Source of the DNA: an uncultured Gammaproteobacteria bacterium
GTDB taxonomy: Bacteria > Patescibacteriota > Microgenomatia > Levybacterales > UBA12049
Assembly (NCBI GenBank): GCA_965230895.1
Contig: OZ246394.1
Coordinates: 569,316-633,315, forward strand
Length of the DNA: 64,000 bases
Direction of reading: 5' to 3'
Part shown: positions 17,186-27,660 of the stretch, piece by piece
How positions within the stretch are numbered: position 1 is the stretch's first letter
How the letters are laid out: each line of letters opens with the position of its first letter
Program-made: the position numbers and the translations under genes
The notes under the pieces: generated by a model
What the model saw: the letters and a program-made list of their open reading frames with translations, nothing else
Told to the model about the DNA's origin: nothing
Database searches by the model: none

Positions 17186-18634
17186 TTATTTTGAGGGAAG
17201 AGCTGCTTTACTCCTCAATTTTCGATGATACGTAATTGCAAATCTATGAGCCTCATTTCGTAATCTTTGGATCAAGAACAGTGATGGAGAATTTTTTGGT
17301 AAAGAAATCTCAGTAAAATGCTCTTCATTGACAATGATTGTTTTGTTCTTTTCAGAATGTGTCCCTGCAAAACGAAGATTGAGAAGTTCTTGATATGTCC
17401 GGACCATTGGCGTGTCAGAATCCATCGATCCCTTCTCTCCTCCTTGCATTCCCCCAAGGGTTGGGACGACAATTGTTTCTTCTCTTTTTGCCAATCCAAC
17501 CAATGGAATAGACATCCCGCATTCAACGAGAGCAACTAGCGCACTTGAAACTTGCCCTTTCCCTCCATCAACAATAATCAAATCCGGCATATTCCAGTCA
17601 TCATGCTTGAGGCGTCTTTTCAACACTTCCTGCATCATTGCAAAATCGTTTGGCAAATCTTTTGTTGAGCGCTTATCCCATTCCCTTTTAATCTTAAACT
17701 TACGGTATTGTGAAGATTCTTTTTCACCGTTTACAAACACAACCATAGAACCAACAGCATTGGTTCCTTGAATATTGGACATATCATAGCATTCAATTCG
17801 TTCTAACTTTTCAAGCCCCATCCCTTGTTCATTAAGAACTTGCATCAATCCATCTAATTCCTGCTGCCTTTTATCTTCACGCAAGTTTGGATTGACATCG
17901 TATTCAAATGGCTTATGGAAAGGTGTGGTAATCAAACTCATGGCATTAATTCTTTTTTGAAAAATTAACGCTTTCTCAAAATCTTCAACTTTACTCGCTT
18001 TATCACGTTCTTTCTCAAGTTCAGTCATAATCTTTTTTGATTCGCCTTCAAGCATGCGGATAATGCCTTTAATATTCTTTTTGTATTCTTTACGCAGTTC
18101 TGGCGAATCGTTCACTGGAGGACATGGACAAAGACCTAAATGATTGTAGAGACAAATTCGTTTCGGATGATTTGGAGTTGAAACAAACGGAAAGATTCGA
18201 CGCATTGTTTTCAGAACAAGTTTTAGTGCTCCAGAACTTGGATACGGCCCAAAATATAATGAATGCTTATCATCTTCACGTCTAGATAATAATACCTCAG
18301 GATAATCTTTATTGACTGTAATTCGGATCTTTAAATACTGTTTATTATCAGTGAGTTTGATGTTGTACTTTGGATTATATTTCTTGATGTAAAACGCTTC
18401 GAGAAGTAATGCTTCAAGTTCCGATTCAACGATGGTGATGTTAATCTTGTCAATTTGAGAAACAAGAACTTGAGTCTTTGCACCCAGATTTGCGCTTTTA
18501 ACAAAGTATGAGGAAACTCTCGATTTGAGGTCTTTGGCTTTTCCAACATAAATAACCGTTCCGTTTTTATCTAAATAGACGTAAACCCCGGCTTCTGATG
18601 GCAATGATAAGTATTGTGAACGCGAGAATACCAA
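17186..18634 (-). CDS. uvrC: Excinuclease ABC subunit C (short form)
   Basis: N-terminal GIY-YIG (GVYVYLDKNGTVIYVGKAKDLKSRVSSYF), UvrBC-interacting region and RNase H-like endonuclease region. 482 aa. Confidence 0.85.
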   Translation of the reverse strand: MVFSRSQYLSLPSEAGVYVYLDKNGTVIYVGKAKDLKSRVSSYFVKSANLGAKTQVLVSQIDKINITIVESELEALLLEAFYIKKYNPKYNIKLTDNKQYLKIRITVNKDYPEVLLSRREDDKHSLYFGPYPSSGALKLVLKTMRRIFPFVSTPNHPKRICLYNHLGLCPCPPVNDSPELRKEYKKNIKGIIRMLEGESKKIMTELEKERDKASKVEDFEKALIFQKRINAMSLITTPFHKPFEYDVNPNLREDKRQQELDGLMQVLNEQGMGLEKLERIECYDMSNIQGTNAVGSMVVFVNGEKESSQYRKFKIKREWDKRSTKDLPNDFAMMQEVLKRRLKHDDWNMPDLIIVDGGKGQVSSALVALVECGMSIPLVGLAKREETIVVPTLGGMQGGEKGSMDSDTPMVRTYQELLNLRFAGTHSEKNKTIIVNEEHFTEISLPKNSPSLFLIQRLRNEAHRFAITYHRKLRSKAALPSK

Positions 18635-20381
18635 CTGCTATACCTCCTCCCAATGGTGTTAAGAAAAATGGAGCTGATTTAACTTGATAGACGTTTGAAG
18701 CTCCAGCTACACGTATTGTATATTCGCCTTCAGTGTTTGTCAAAAATGATGTTGGATTAAACTTCGCTTGGACTTCAGCAGTTCCAAATGGCGGAATTCC
18801 TGTCGTAGCAATGGTTTGTGTATTTGGTGAGAAGGTATTTGATGATAAGTAAAGAATTTGCGGAGATAAATACGTCGATCCTGTGTTCATCACTTTTATC
18901 GAACCTGTAATCGGTAATCCTGCAATTGCAAGCTCTGGGATAGTACTGTTTGTATCAATACTTTGTCTTGGCTGGAAAGGTTCAGTAGTAAATTCAACTT
19001 GCACATCTTTTGATGCAGCCTGATCTGTATATTTGTAACCTCCGGCAGGAATAGGATATTCACTGTTTACACCTTTAATGACCAGTGCCATGTGTGAAAA
19101 ATCCATAACACTGAAGTAATCCACTCCACCAGTTGTACTTCCCCATGTAGGATCTACCATTACCCATGTCTTTTTATCTTTATCATAATATTCTGGCCAA
19201 ACATGAAGAATATCTTTTTCTTTAGAAAGCGGTCGTTGTTTTGCATTCTCTGTATATGCATACCCATCAACTTCTCGAGCTGGGATGCCTGCTGCTCGTG
19301 CTAAAGCAATAAAGAGATCTGTGAACTCTCGACAAACGGCTGAGTTTTGATTCTGTAGTGAACCTAGCGCGCCCAACCGAGGTTTTTCTTCAGTTACTCG
19401 CGAGAAATCATAATCTAAAGCATCTACTACATAATCGTAAATTCGTTCAGGGGTTTTTAATTCATCCGCTAACTCACGGATCTGATCATTAGATGATTCC
19501 CAATACTTTTGTTGCAACGTGTAAGTCTGTAATTGCTCTGGTGTTAACTCCACAGGCTTTGGCGTTAAATGTACTTGTGTTTTCCCTGCGACAACGACAT
19601 CCATATTTTGTGCTGATTTCAACTTATATTGTGCGAGCCAATTGCCATCTTTGTCTTGGATAACATTTTCAGGCGCAGGGACAATAGCATCTATCGAAAC
19701 TTCCTGATAATTTGTATCTGGTGGCAAGGCAATTTCGGTAGTTATCGGATAAAGATTTGGATTTCGGAGATGGTAGGTCAAGTTATATTTGTAGACCTGT
19801 GTATTTCCAAATGCAATTGAAATCCCTGATCTACCTAGTGTATCTTTCGTAAACGTTAAGGCATTCGTTGGTTGCTTTGGCTTTGTATATGCTGGCTGAC
19901 CAAATGAGGGAGGAACTTTTAGTTCCACAACAAACGATTTAAAGTCATTGGGATTGGATATCCCAGGGATATCAATTTCCCAGATCTTACCATAATGCCG
20001 TGCAATAGTGGGCGTATCAAAGGTTATCTGGAACTGTTGCTTGCTATTCAAGCCAACCGCTTTATTGTTAAACTTCACATCAATGATATGCCCTGTCTCA
20101 TTTTTGATAACCCCAGCTTGAATTTCTCCCCCACTATCTCGAGCTCTGACGTTAGAAATCTCACTGAAACCAAGCTGCATTTTATATGAAGGTGCATAAT
20201 ATTGAGAAGTCGTATTAGTAAGCGTAATGTCAATGACAGAATGCGCCACACCCGTCTCATCGATTGTATAGGTAACTTTATAATCAGTATCGAAATTAGC
20301 CGCCGCTTGAGCAGGCTTGGTTGGGACGAAACTAAACAAGAGCACGAAGAGTAAAACTATTGAGAGCAGTTTTCGAATCAT
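18567..20381 (-). CDS. Exported transglutaminase-like cysteine protease domain protein with C-terminal TM anchor
   Basis: Signal peptide MIRKLLSIVLLFVLLFSFVPTKPAQA. Transglutaminase core NSAVCREFTDLFIALARAAGIPAREVDGY (Cys), later HVWPEYYD (His) and MVDPT (Asp). Confidence 0.7.
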   Translation of the reverse strand: MIRKLLSIVLLFVLLFSFVPTKPAQAAANFDTDYKVTYTIDETGVAHSVIDITLTNTTSQYYAPSYKMQLGFSEISNVRARDSGGEIQAGVIKNETGHIIDVKFNNKAVGLNSKQQFQITFDTPTIARHYGKIWEIDIPGISNPNDFKSFVVELKVPPSFGQPAYTKPKQPTNALTFTKDTLGRSGISIAFGNTQVYKYNLTYHLRNPNLYPITTEIALPPDTNYQEVSIDAIVPAPENVIQDKDGNWLAQYKLKSAQNMDVVVAGKTQVHLTPKPVELTPEQLQTYTLQQKYWESSNDQIRELADELKTPERIYDYVVDALDYDFSRVTEEKPRLGALGSLQNQNSAVCREFTDLFIALARAAGIPAREVDGYAYTENAKQRPLSKEKDILHVWPEYYDKDKKTWVMVDPTWGSTTGGVDYFSVMDFSHMALVIKGVNSEYPIPAGGYKYTDQAASKDVQVEFTTEPFQPRQSIDTNSTIPELAIAGLPITGSIKVMNTGSTYLSPQILYLSSNTFSPNTQTIATTGIPPFGTAEVQAKFNPTSFLTNTEGEYTIRVAGASNVYQVKSAPFFLTPLGGGIAVGILAFTILIIAIRSRGLRLFR

Positions 20382-20397
20382 ATATTAAACACTTATT

Positions 20398-23316
20398 CTA
20401 TTTTAATATATTCTTGAGGAATTTGCCTGTCCAGGAATTTGGATTATCTGCAATCTCTTGAGGAGTTCCTGTAGCCACAACTTGCCCACCCTTTTCTCCA
20501 CCTTCAGGACCAAGATCGATGATGTGATCCGCATTTTTAATCATATCGAGGTTGTGTTCGATAACAATGACTGAGTTTCCAACATCAACCAATCTTCGTA
20601 ATACATACAAAAGTTTTTCAAGATCAGCAAAATGCAGACCAGTTGTCGGTTCGTCCAAAACATAGAGAGCATTTCGTCCTTTTTTGGAAAGTTCTGTAGC
20701 AAGTTTAATTCTTTGAGCTTCACCACCTGAAAGTGTTGGAGCTGGTTGGCCTAGTTTAATATACGATAAGCCAACATCTTGAAGAGTCTTCAACCGATGA
20801 TGCAATCCAGGCACAAAAGCAAAGAAATCTGAAGCTTCAGCTACACTCATATCGAGAACATCGGCAATACTTTTGTCGTTAAACAAGATCTCTAATGCTT
20901 CGTTATTGTATTGCTTACCATCACAAACCTCACATGTTATGTAGACATCAGGCATAAATTGCATTTCAATTTTGATTTGTCCTTCTCCTTCACATGCTTC
21001 GCATCGTCCACCTTTGACATTAAATGAGAATCGTCCTGGACCGTAGCCTCGGATTTTCGCTTCCTTCGTACTAGCGAAAATCTGTCGGATGTAAGTAAAC
21101 GCACCAGTGTATGTTGCGGCATTACTTCGCGGTGTTCGTCCAATTGGCGATTGATCAATTGCGAAAACACTCTTTAATGCTTCGTGGCCTTGCATTTCAG
21201 TAAACTTTCCAGGTTTTTGTGGATGGTACGCATTTTTCTTTTGCATCAATGCATGGTACAAAATATCATTCACCAATGTCGATTTACCGCTTCCTGAAAC
21301 GCCTGTTACAACGACAAACTTGTGCAATGGAAATTCTACAGTAATATCTTTCAGATTATTTTCTGTCGCACCGATTACTTTGACACTTTTGTTACCCATG
21401 TCGGCAAGATCCACAACCTCAGGATCTTCATCTGATTTCATTGCTCGCTTTACTTTGATTTTCTTTCTTCCTGACAAATAATTTCCCGTCAAAGATTCTT
21501 TATTTGCTTTTACTTCTTCAATTGGTCCATGCGCGATAATGTGTCCACCATTTTCCCCAGCTCCTGGTCCAAAATCATACAGATAATCGGATGCTTCCAT
21601 TGTATCTTGATCATGCTCGACTACTAAAACAGTATTCCCAAGATCACGAAGCTTCTTCAATGTCTCGATCAATTTTGTATTATCTCTTTGATGCAAACCA
21701 ATTGAAGGCTCATCAAGAACATATAAAACACCAGTCAATCCAGATCCAATTTGTGACGCCAAACGAATACGTTGTGCTTCTCCACCAGAAAGTGTTGATG
21801 CGGTTCGTGCAAGTGTCAGATATTCAAGTCCAACATCATTAAGGAACTTTAACCGCTCACGAATTTCCCGAAGAATCATTTTCCCGATTTCCTGTTCGCG
21901 ACCGGAGATAACATTTGGTAATGTATCAACAAATTGAAGCGTTCGCTCGATAGACATAGTAGAGACATCAACAATAGATTTATCATTTAATGTAACTGAT
22001 AATGCTTCCTTTTTCAGTCTTCCACCTTTACATGCTGGACAGACATCATATCGCATGAACTTATCAATTTGCGTTTTGAGGAATTGTGATTCTGATTCGT
22101 TATACTTCTTGCGAAGTTCATAGGCAATGCCACGATATGGTTCACGAATTGCTGTTTCTCGACCAAATCGGTTTTCGCCTTCAACATAATATTCTTTCTC
22201 ACCAGTGCCAAAAAGCAAAAGATCCTTTTGTTCTTTCGACAGATCACTAATACGGACATCCATTGGAATATGATTTTCTTCACAAAAAGTTTTAAATGTT
22301 CGAGAGAACCAGGTGTCATTTGAAGTAATATTAAAGAACGGTACAATACCACCTTCATTAATAGTCAAATTGTTATTAAAAATTAAATCAGGGTCTGCAT
22401 TTAACACACGACCTAAACCGGCACATGCTGGACATGCTCCATGTGGTGTGTTAAAAGAAAAGATACGAGGTTCAATATCAGGAAGAGAAATATTGCAAAC
22501 TGGACATGCAAATTTCTCAGAGAATAATTGATCTTCCATATCTTGCGGTTTTTCAGGAATTGAGAAAGAAGCATCTTTAATAATTGAAACTATCATTTCT
22601 CCATCACCAAATTGCAATGCTTGCTCAACATCGGTTGCGAGACGTGTTCGTTCGGTTTCCGCATTGAGAAGCATGACGTCGATAATTAATTCAATGCTGT
22701 GCTTATTTGTTTTGATCAAAACAAAATCGTCAGTTAAGTTATACACAGAACCATCAATTCGAACTTTTGTATAACCACGCTTTTTCAAACTTGTAAACAA
22801 ATCGGTATATTCTCCTCTTCGATCTTTTACCAATGGCGCCATGATCATGACACGCATTTCTTTTTGTCCGAAATCCTTTTTGGTTTGCTCCAGTTTATAT
22901 ATTGCATCAACGATCTGTTCTTTGGATTGGCGTGCAATTTCGCGACCACAATTTGGACAATGAGGATGTCCTACACGCGCAAAAAGAAGACGCATGTAAT
23001 CATAGATTTCAGTAACTGTACCAACTGTTGATCGAGGATTGTGTGAAGTTGATTTCTGGTCAATAGAAATTGCTGGAGATAATCCTTCAATTAAATCAAC
23101 ATCGGGCTTTTTCATCGTGCCAAGAAATTGTCGCGCATAAGACGACAAACTTTCGACGTATCTTCTTTGACCTTCTGCATACACAGTATCGAATGCCAAC
23201 GAAGACTTACCGCTTCCGGATAATCCAGTCAAAACAACCAATTTGTTCTTTGGGATTTCCAAATCTAAATTCTTGAGGTTGTGCTCACGAGCACCTTTAA
23301 TCTTAATTTTATCCAT
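20398..23316 (-). CDS. uvrA: Excinuclease ABC subunit A
   Basis: 972 aa; two ABC ATPase modules (GLSGSGKSSLAFDT and GVSGSGKSTLVNDIL Walker A; LSGGEAQR signatures) and zinc-finger Cys clusters. Confidence 0.95.
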   Translation of the reverse strand: MDKIKIKGAREHNLKNLDLEIPKNKLVVLTGLSGSGKSSLAFDTVYAEGQRRYVESLSSYARQFLGTMKKPDVDLIEGLSPAISIDQKSTSHNPRSTVGTVTEIYDYMRLLFARVGHPHCPNCGREIARQSKEQIVDAIYKLEQTKKDFGQKEMRVMIMAPLVKDRRGEYTDLFTSLKKRGYTKVRIDGSVYNLTDDFVLIKTNKHSIELIIDVMLLNAETERTRLATDVEQALQFGDGEMIVSIIKDASFSIPEKPQDMEDQLFSEKFACPVCNISLPDIEPRIFSFNTPHGACPACAGLGRVLNADPDLIFNNNLTINEGGIVPFFNITSNDTWFSRTFKTFCEENHIPMDVRISDLSKEQKDLLLFGTGEKEYYVEGENRFGRETAIREPYRGIAYELRKKYNESESQFLKTQIDKFMRYDVCPACKGGRLKKEALSVTLNDKSIVDVSTMSIERTLQFVDTLPNVISGREQEIGKMILREIRERLKFLNDVGLEYLTLARTASTLSGGEAQRIRLASQIGSGLTGVLYVLDEPSIGLHQRDNTKLIETLKKLRDLGNTVLVVEHDQDTMEASDYLYDFGPGAGENGGHIIAHGPIEEVKANKESLTGNYLSGRKKIKVKRAMKSDEDPEVVDLADMGNKSVKVIGATENNLKDITVEFPLHKFVVVTGVSGSGKSTLVNDILYHALMQKKNAYHPQKPGKFTEMQGHEALKSVFAIDQSPIGRTPRSNAATYTGAFTYIRQIFASTKEAKIRGYGPGRFSFNVKGGRCEACEGEGQIKIEMQFMPDVYITCEVCDGKQYNNEALEILFNDKSIADVLDMSVAEASDFFAFVPGLHHRLKTLQDVGLSYIKLGQPAPTLSGGEAQRIKLATELSKKGRNALYVLDEPTTGLHFADLEKLLYVLRRLVDVGNSVIVIEHNLDMIKNADHIIDLGPEGGEKGGQVVATGTPQEIADNPNSWTGKFLKNILK

Positions 23317-23735
23317 TGAAATACTTTTTCCCTGCCTATGTTGCTGAAGCTATTCGAGCAGTTGGGGAACGAAATCCAATCCATTATAAACCAAAATGCA
23401 AGCATTAGCAAACCCCTAATATCTATTGCTCATCTTTTGGGTTTTTAAAGAAATATATTGCAAAACTCATCCATATTTATTACAATCCAATCAGTTTTTT
23501 ATCCTATATTATGGCTATACATGAGTACCATAGACCGAGTGGCTCTGAATCCGGTTCAGCTTCTTTTAGAAGATTGCCAGAATCAGGTCCTCCACCCAGA
23601 ACCCGCGTACAATCACCAACTCTTGCGGGAACAGAAGTAACTCGACCAAGAGTTGTTCCGCTGCCTTCAGGATTACCTCCAGAGAGAAGCTTTACTGTCA
23701 GATCACTCGATACAGATGCTCAGGAAATTTCTTCC

Positions 23736-24815
23736 ATGGCTCCGGTTCCACAGAGTGAAGTGGACCAAGCAGCCAAAGAATCCCGCTGGACAAAGCGCAT
23801 ATTTAGAGGACGAAGAGAAGAAGATACTATTGATCCTGGAAGAAGAGCGCTTCTTAAAGGAATTGTAGCAACTTCGGGAACCTTATTAGTAGCAAAGACA
23901 GGATTGGAGGGATTGAAGTTTGTCATGGATATTGATGAACAGCAAACAGAAAAGCATTTGGTTCCTCGTGAAGGAAATGTCCAATTTGTAAATAGAGATA
24001 CACGAGACAAATTTCCTCTTACAACTTCTCTTTTCTATCGAGGATTTAATGTTGACCAAATTGATAATGCAGCACAAGCAATGGCACCATATGTATCAAG
24101 GTATGGACAGGTTGCTGCGATAGATTACGGTAATCAAACATTTGATTTAGGAGAAATAACTGAGAGAACAATAGATTTTTGTAAAAAGAATAATATCTAT
24201 AGAGTAAATATTTGGGGTAAAAGTATGGGAGGAATGGTCGGACTTGAAATGGTTGAACCACTCCGTGAAGCACGAATAAAGGTTGAAAGTGTACTTTTTG
24301 ATAGTACACCTGCCTCCAGTAAAGAAGTCATTGGAGCACGAGACAGCGACGCTTATTTCATCGAACTTTATAATAATATGGTGAAATTAGGATATGCATC
24401 ATATGGTGGAGATAGAGTTAGAAACTTTGTTGAAAAACGTGTGAATGATGTAATGCGAGATAGAGATCCAAGAAAAGAAGCGATTGGGAGAAAGAGCGAA
24501 AATGAATTACCAAATAACATTGTTTTACAGCAGGCTGGATTCATCGGAACATTCGATGTAAATCCTACTATGGCAAAGCTTTTGGAGGGAGTGCCAGTAG
24601 GATACTTTGGAGCAGAAAAAGGGATTGGTGATACAACAGTAGATGTCTTACGATCATGTGATCATTTACGAGAACGATTACCAGGATGCAACGTCAAACT
24701 CTATGAGCTTCCAGGGATTTGGCATGCAAGTTCAGGAGATCATCCAGATATTTACGGACCAGCTGCAATAAAATTCAGAGAAGATTTCAAGCTTCCTCTT
24801 GAACCCGCTGCATAA
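23736..24815 (+). CDS. Putative Tat-exported alpha/beta hydrolase (lipase/esterase-like)
   Basis: Twin-arginine motif PGRRALLKGIVATSGTLLVA. GKSMGGMVG (GxSxG) nucleophile elbow. The start is taken at internal ATG 23736; the ORF-track start 23511 would put 110 aa before the Tat motif. Confidence 0.5.
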   Translation: MAPVPQSEVDQAAKESRWTKRIFRGRREEDTIDPGRRALLKGIVATSGTLLVAKTGLEGLKFVMDIDEQQTEKHLVPREGNVQFVNRDTRDKFPLTTSLFYRGFNVDQIDNAAQAMAPYVSRYGQVAAIDYGNQTFDLGEITERTIDFCKKNNIYRVNIWGKSMGGMVGLEMVEPLREARIKVESVLFDSTPASSKEVIGARDSDAYFIELYNNMVKLGYASYGGDRVRNFVEKRVNDVMRDRDPRKEAIGRKSENELPNNIVLQQAGFIGTFDVNPTMAKLLEGVPVGYFGAEKGIGDTTVDVLRSCDHLRERLPGCNVKLYELPGIWHASSGDHPDIYGPAAIKFREDFKLPLEPAA

Positions 24816-24849
24816 TTCCTTTTTACTATTTTTCTGTTTATAATAAAGT

Positions 24850-24981
24850 ATGCCAAAGGAATTACGTCCTGATCTTCGAACGCAAAATTGTATTATTTGT
24901 GAAACACCTATGGGAGATATGCCAGGGACACGCGATGCATATTGTCCAAACTGTGGATATAAAGACCCTTGTTGCGAATAG
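24850..24981 (+). CDS. Small zinc-ribbon protein (43 aa), not in the ORF track
   Basis: MPKELRPDLRTQNCIICETPMGDMPGTRDAYCPNCGYKDPCCE with a CxxC...CxxC pattern; fills the gap between two genes. Confidence 0.35.
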   Translation: MPKELRPDLRTQNCIICETPMGDMPGTRDAYCPNCGYKDPCCE

Positions 24982-25569
24982 TTAGATCTTTGGTTCGTTT
25001 TCTAGACTTCTCCACAAATACCAACAAGCAGTCGATCGATAAGGTTTCCATTTTTCAGACAAATCGAGCATCTCTTTTTGATCAGTAATGCCATACAATT
25101 TCGTAATAGCATTCCGTAATCCCAAATCACCAATTGAGAATACATCTGGACGTTGTAATGTAAAAATTAAAATCATTTCAGCTGTCCATCGACCTATTCC
25201 TTTTATTTGTGTTAATTCAGCAATTACTTCTTCGTCTGATTGCTTGCGTACTTTCTCAATATCAATTAAGTCACTGACAAATGCATTTGCGACAGACTTT
25301 ACATACTTTATTTTTGAATAAGACAAACCAGCACTGCGGATCATTTCATCATCCATTTCCAGAACTTCATTTGCTGAAGGAAAATCTTCATTTTGGAACA
25401 AAGCGATAAATCTTTTATAGATAGCGTCTGCTGCTTTTACCGATAACTGTTGAGAGATAATAGATTTCATTAATGACTGCATTAATGTGGCACTTCTATC
25501 CTCAAATTGTGGTACAGGATACTTCTTTTCTAAACTGTGCATTATTGGTTCTGTAAACATATTAATCAC
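24982..25569 (-). CDS. HhH-GPD superfamily DNA glycosylase (AlkA/3-methyladenine glycosylase II-like, no Fe-S cluster)
   Basis: Helix-hairpin-helix IKGIGRWTAEMILIFTL followed by the catalytic Asp region PDVFSIGDLGLRNA. No C-terminal Cys cluster. Confidence 0.7.
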   Translation of the reverse strand: MINMFTEPIMHSLEKKYPVPQFEDRSATLMQSLMKSIISQQLSVKAADAIYKRFIALFQNEDFPSANEVLEMDDEMIRSAGLSYSKIKYVKSVANAFVSDLIDIEKVRKQSDEEVIAELTQIKGIGRWTAEMILIFTLQRPDVFSIGDLGLRNAITKLYGITDQKEMLDLSEKWKPYRSTACWYLWRSLENEPKI

Positions 25570-25915
25570 ATTCTGCTGAAAATTCAGCGCCTCTAGTTCG
25601 CGGATCTACTCGAAAACTGTATGTGGCACCATCAGCGTGCACTGACAAAGACTTTTTTTCGGCTCCACCATTTCGAAACGATCCTTTGGCTGGTTTCCAT
25701 ACCACAACTTCATTTCCTGCTCTAAATGAGAAGTAACTTTTTTCCACAGATGCAGGCGAGACAAGACCTACATATTCTCCACCGCCACCGTTACAACTAA
25801 TTGTTATATCACGATCCACCGATCCATCATTCCCACAAGCAGTTAATCCAAGTACTCCGGCAACTGCTATGCGACGAGAATATTTCTTCAATCTAAAAGA
25901 TATGTTCTCTTTCAT
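25562..25915 (-). CDS. Small lipoprotein, hypothetical
   Basis: Lipobox LGLTACGN after a short signal peptide; 117 aa. Confidence 0.45.
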   Translation of the reverse strand: MKENISFRLKKYSRRIAVAGVLGLTACGNDGSVDRDITISCNGGGGEYVGLVSPASVEKSYFSFRAGNEVVVWKPAKGSFRNGGAEKKSLSVHADGATYSFRVDPRTRGAEFSAECD

Positions 25916-25956
25916 AAATTTCAGGCACTATATCATGTCAGAAAACGTTTCGCAAA

Positions 25957-27660
25957 TTATCTTTTAAACATTTTATTAATTGTAGAAAGATCCACTAATA
26001 TTTTGGTTGGTCGGCCGTGAGGACAAGTAGCATTATTCTCTGTCTTTTCTAACTGATTAATCAGATCTAAACTTTGTTTTTTTGTTAATATATCCCCTGC
26101 TTTGACTGCACCACGACAAGCCAAAAATGCAATAATTTTCTGGCTAACTGCATCAACGGAATCGTTCTGACCTTCTGTTCTCAAATTCTCCAGAATATCG
26201 GATATCAAGTCTTTTGGATCTCTATCTTTCATCAATTCTGGCACTGCTCGTAATAAAAAACTTCTGCCTTTAAAATGTTCAATTATAAATCCAAGTTGTG
26301 TAAAAGTTTCTAGATGTTCTTCCAAAAGCTCCTGTTCTTGTATACTTAATTCAAATAGTTTGGGTTTTGAAAAGGCGTAATGATTATCTTTCTTCTTTTG
26401 TTTTTTAAACTCATTTTGTAGCTGTTCATATCGTATCCTTTCATGTGCAGCATGCTGATCAATTAATACAAAACCTTGTTTTGTATCCGCTAAGATATAC
26501 AGATTATGGATTTGTATGGTGTTTTGAATATTTACTTTCAAAGGTTGAGATAAACTCCAAGGCAAACTTTGATCACGCAATACTTTACCAGTAAATGAAT
26601 TTGTACTCGATTTGAATTGCTCATCTTCAGAATAGATTGATTCTTGCCATAATGAATTACGATAAACGATATCGTGCTTTGCTAAAGTTTGCGTGACAGC
26701 ACGCTTAATAATTTCATGAATTTCTGATTGATTAACGAAACGCACCTCTTCTTTACGCGGATGAACATTTATATCGACAACTTCAGGAAGTATTTTAAGA
26801 AAAAGCAAACTGATAGGATATACTTGTTTCTCAATAAGATTCCCATACGCTGCTTTTATCGCAGAAGCAATCCCTTTATCGCCGATCGTGCGTTTATTTA
26901 CAAATAAATATTGTTTTTGAGAATTTCGTGTAGTCATTTGGGGACGTGCTACAAAGCCGCTTATTTGTATATAACTATCTTCATATTCGATTGGTAATAA
27001 ACTTGCATAGAGCTCTTTTCCCAAAAGAACATTAATTCGATCAAGCGATTCACTCGTTCTCGGCAAATCAAATATTGTCTTCTTATCATGCGTTAAAAGA
27101 AAATGAATATCAGGATGAACAAATGCAAATTGCATAATTGTTTCAATAATATGGCGGAATTCTGTCCTTGCGGACTTTAAAAACTTTTTTCTTCCTGGAG
27201 TAGCATGAAAAAGATTTTCGACAGTAACTTGCGTTCCAAATGGCATACCTACTGAAGAAGTACGTACTAATTTTCCATCTTTTATCTCGACAGAGAATCC
27301 TGCCTGCTCACCTTTTATTCTACTTTGCACTGTCAATTTACTTATTGCGGCGATACTTGCAAGTGCTTCTCCACGAAATCCCAAGGTTTCAATTATTGTA
27401 AGATCTTCTATTGATAACAATTTACTTGTTGCATGAGGTTTCCAACATTCCTGTAAGTCAATTTCATTCATCCCTTCACCGTTATCAATAACCGTGATTC
27501 TTTTTAAACCACTCTCTTCAATATTTATAATAATTGATTCTGCTTTAGCATCAATTGCATTCTCTACTAATTCTTTAACAGCGTAGACAGGTCTCTCTAT
27601 AACTTCACCGGCAGCAATTTTTGCAATAACGTCTTGAGATAAATGTTGGATCTTAGGCAT
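25957..27660 (-). CDS. mutL: DNA mismatch repair protein MutL
   Basis: GHKL ATPase N-terminus (AVKELVENAIDA, IDNGEGM); 567 aa; immediately downstream of mutS. Confidence 0.9.
   Translation of the reverse strand: MPKIQHLSQDVIAKIAAGEVIERPVYAVKELVENAIDAKAESIIINIEESGLKRITVIDNGEGMNEIDLQECWKPHATSKLLSIEDLTIIETLGFRGEALASIAAISKLTVQSRIKGEQAGFSVEIKDGKLVRTSSVGMPFGTQVTVENLFHATPGRKKFLKSARTEFRHIIETIMQFAFVHPDIHFLLTHDKKTIFDLPRTSESLDRINVLLGKELYASLLPIEYEDSYIQISGFVARPQMTTRNSQKQYLFVNKRTIGDKGIASAIKAAYGNLIEKQVYPISLLFLKILPEVVDINVHPRKEEVRFVNQSEIHEIIKRAVTQTLAKHDIVYRNSLWQESIYSEDEQFKSSTNSFTGKVLRDQSLPWSLSQPLKVNIQNTIQIHNLYILADTKQGFVLIDQHAAHERIRYEQLQNEFKKQKKKDNHYAFSKPKLFELSIQEQELLEEHLETFTQLGFIIEHFKGRSFLLRAVPELMKDRDPKDLISDILENLRTEGQNDSVDAVSQKIIAFLACRGAVKAGDILTKKQSLDLINQLEKTENNATCPHGRPTKILVDLSTINKMFKR

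Noticed and set aside
20541-22531. Multiple short antisense or alternative-frame ORFs inside uvrA, mutS, mutL and uvrC
   Set aside because: They are embedded in long, motif-confirmed genes and have no independent support.
23511-23735. Possible SRP RNA or other ncRNA in the GC-rich leader (contains tcaggtcc)
   Set aside because: Only a short partial match to the SRP domain IV consensus. No convincing helix 8 or GNAR loop context could be built by eye, so it is kept as a finding to test, not a feature.
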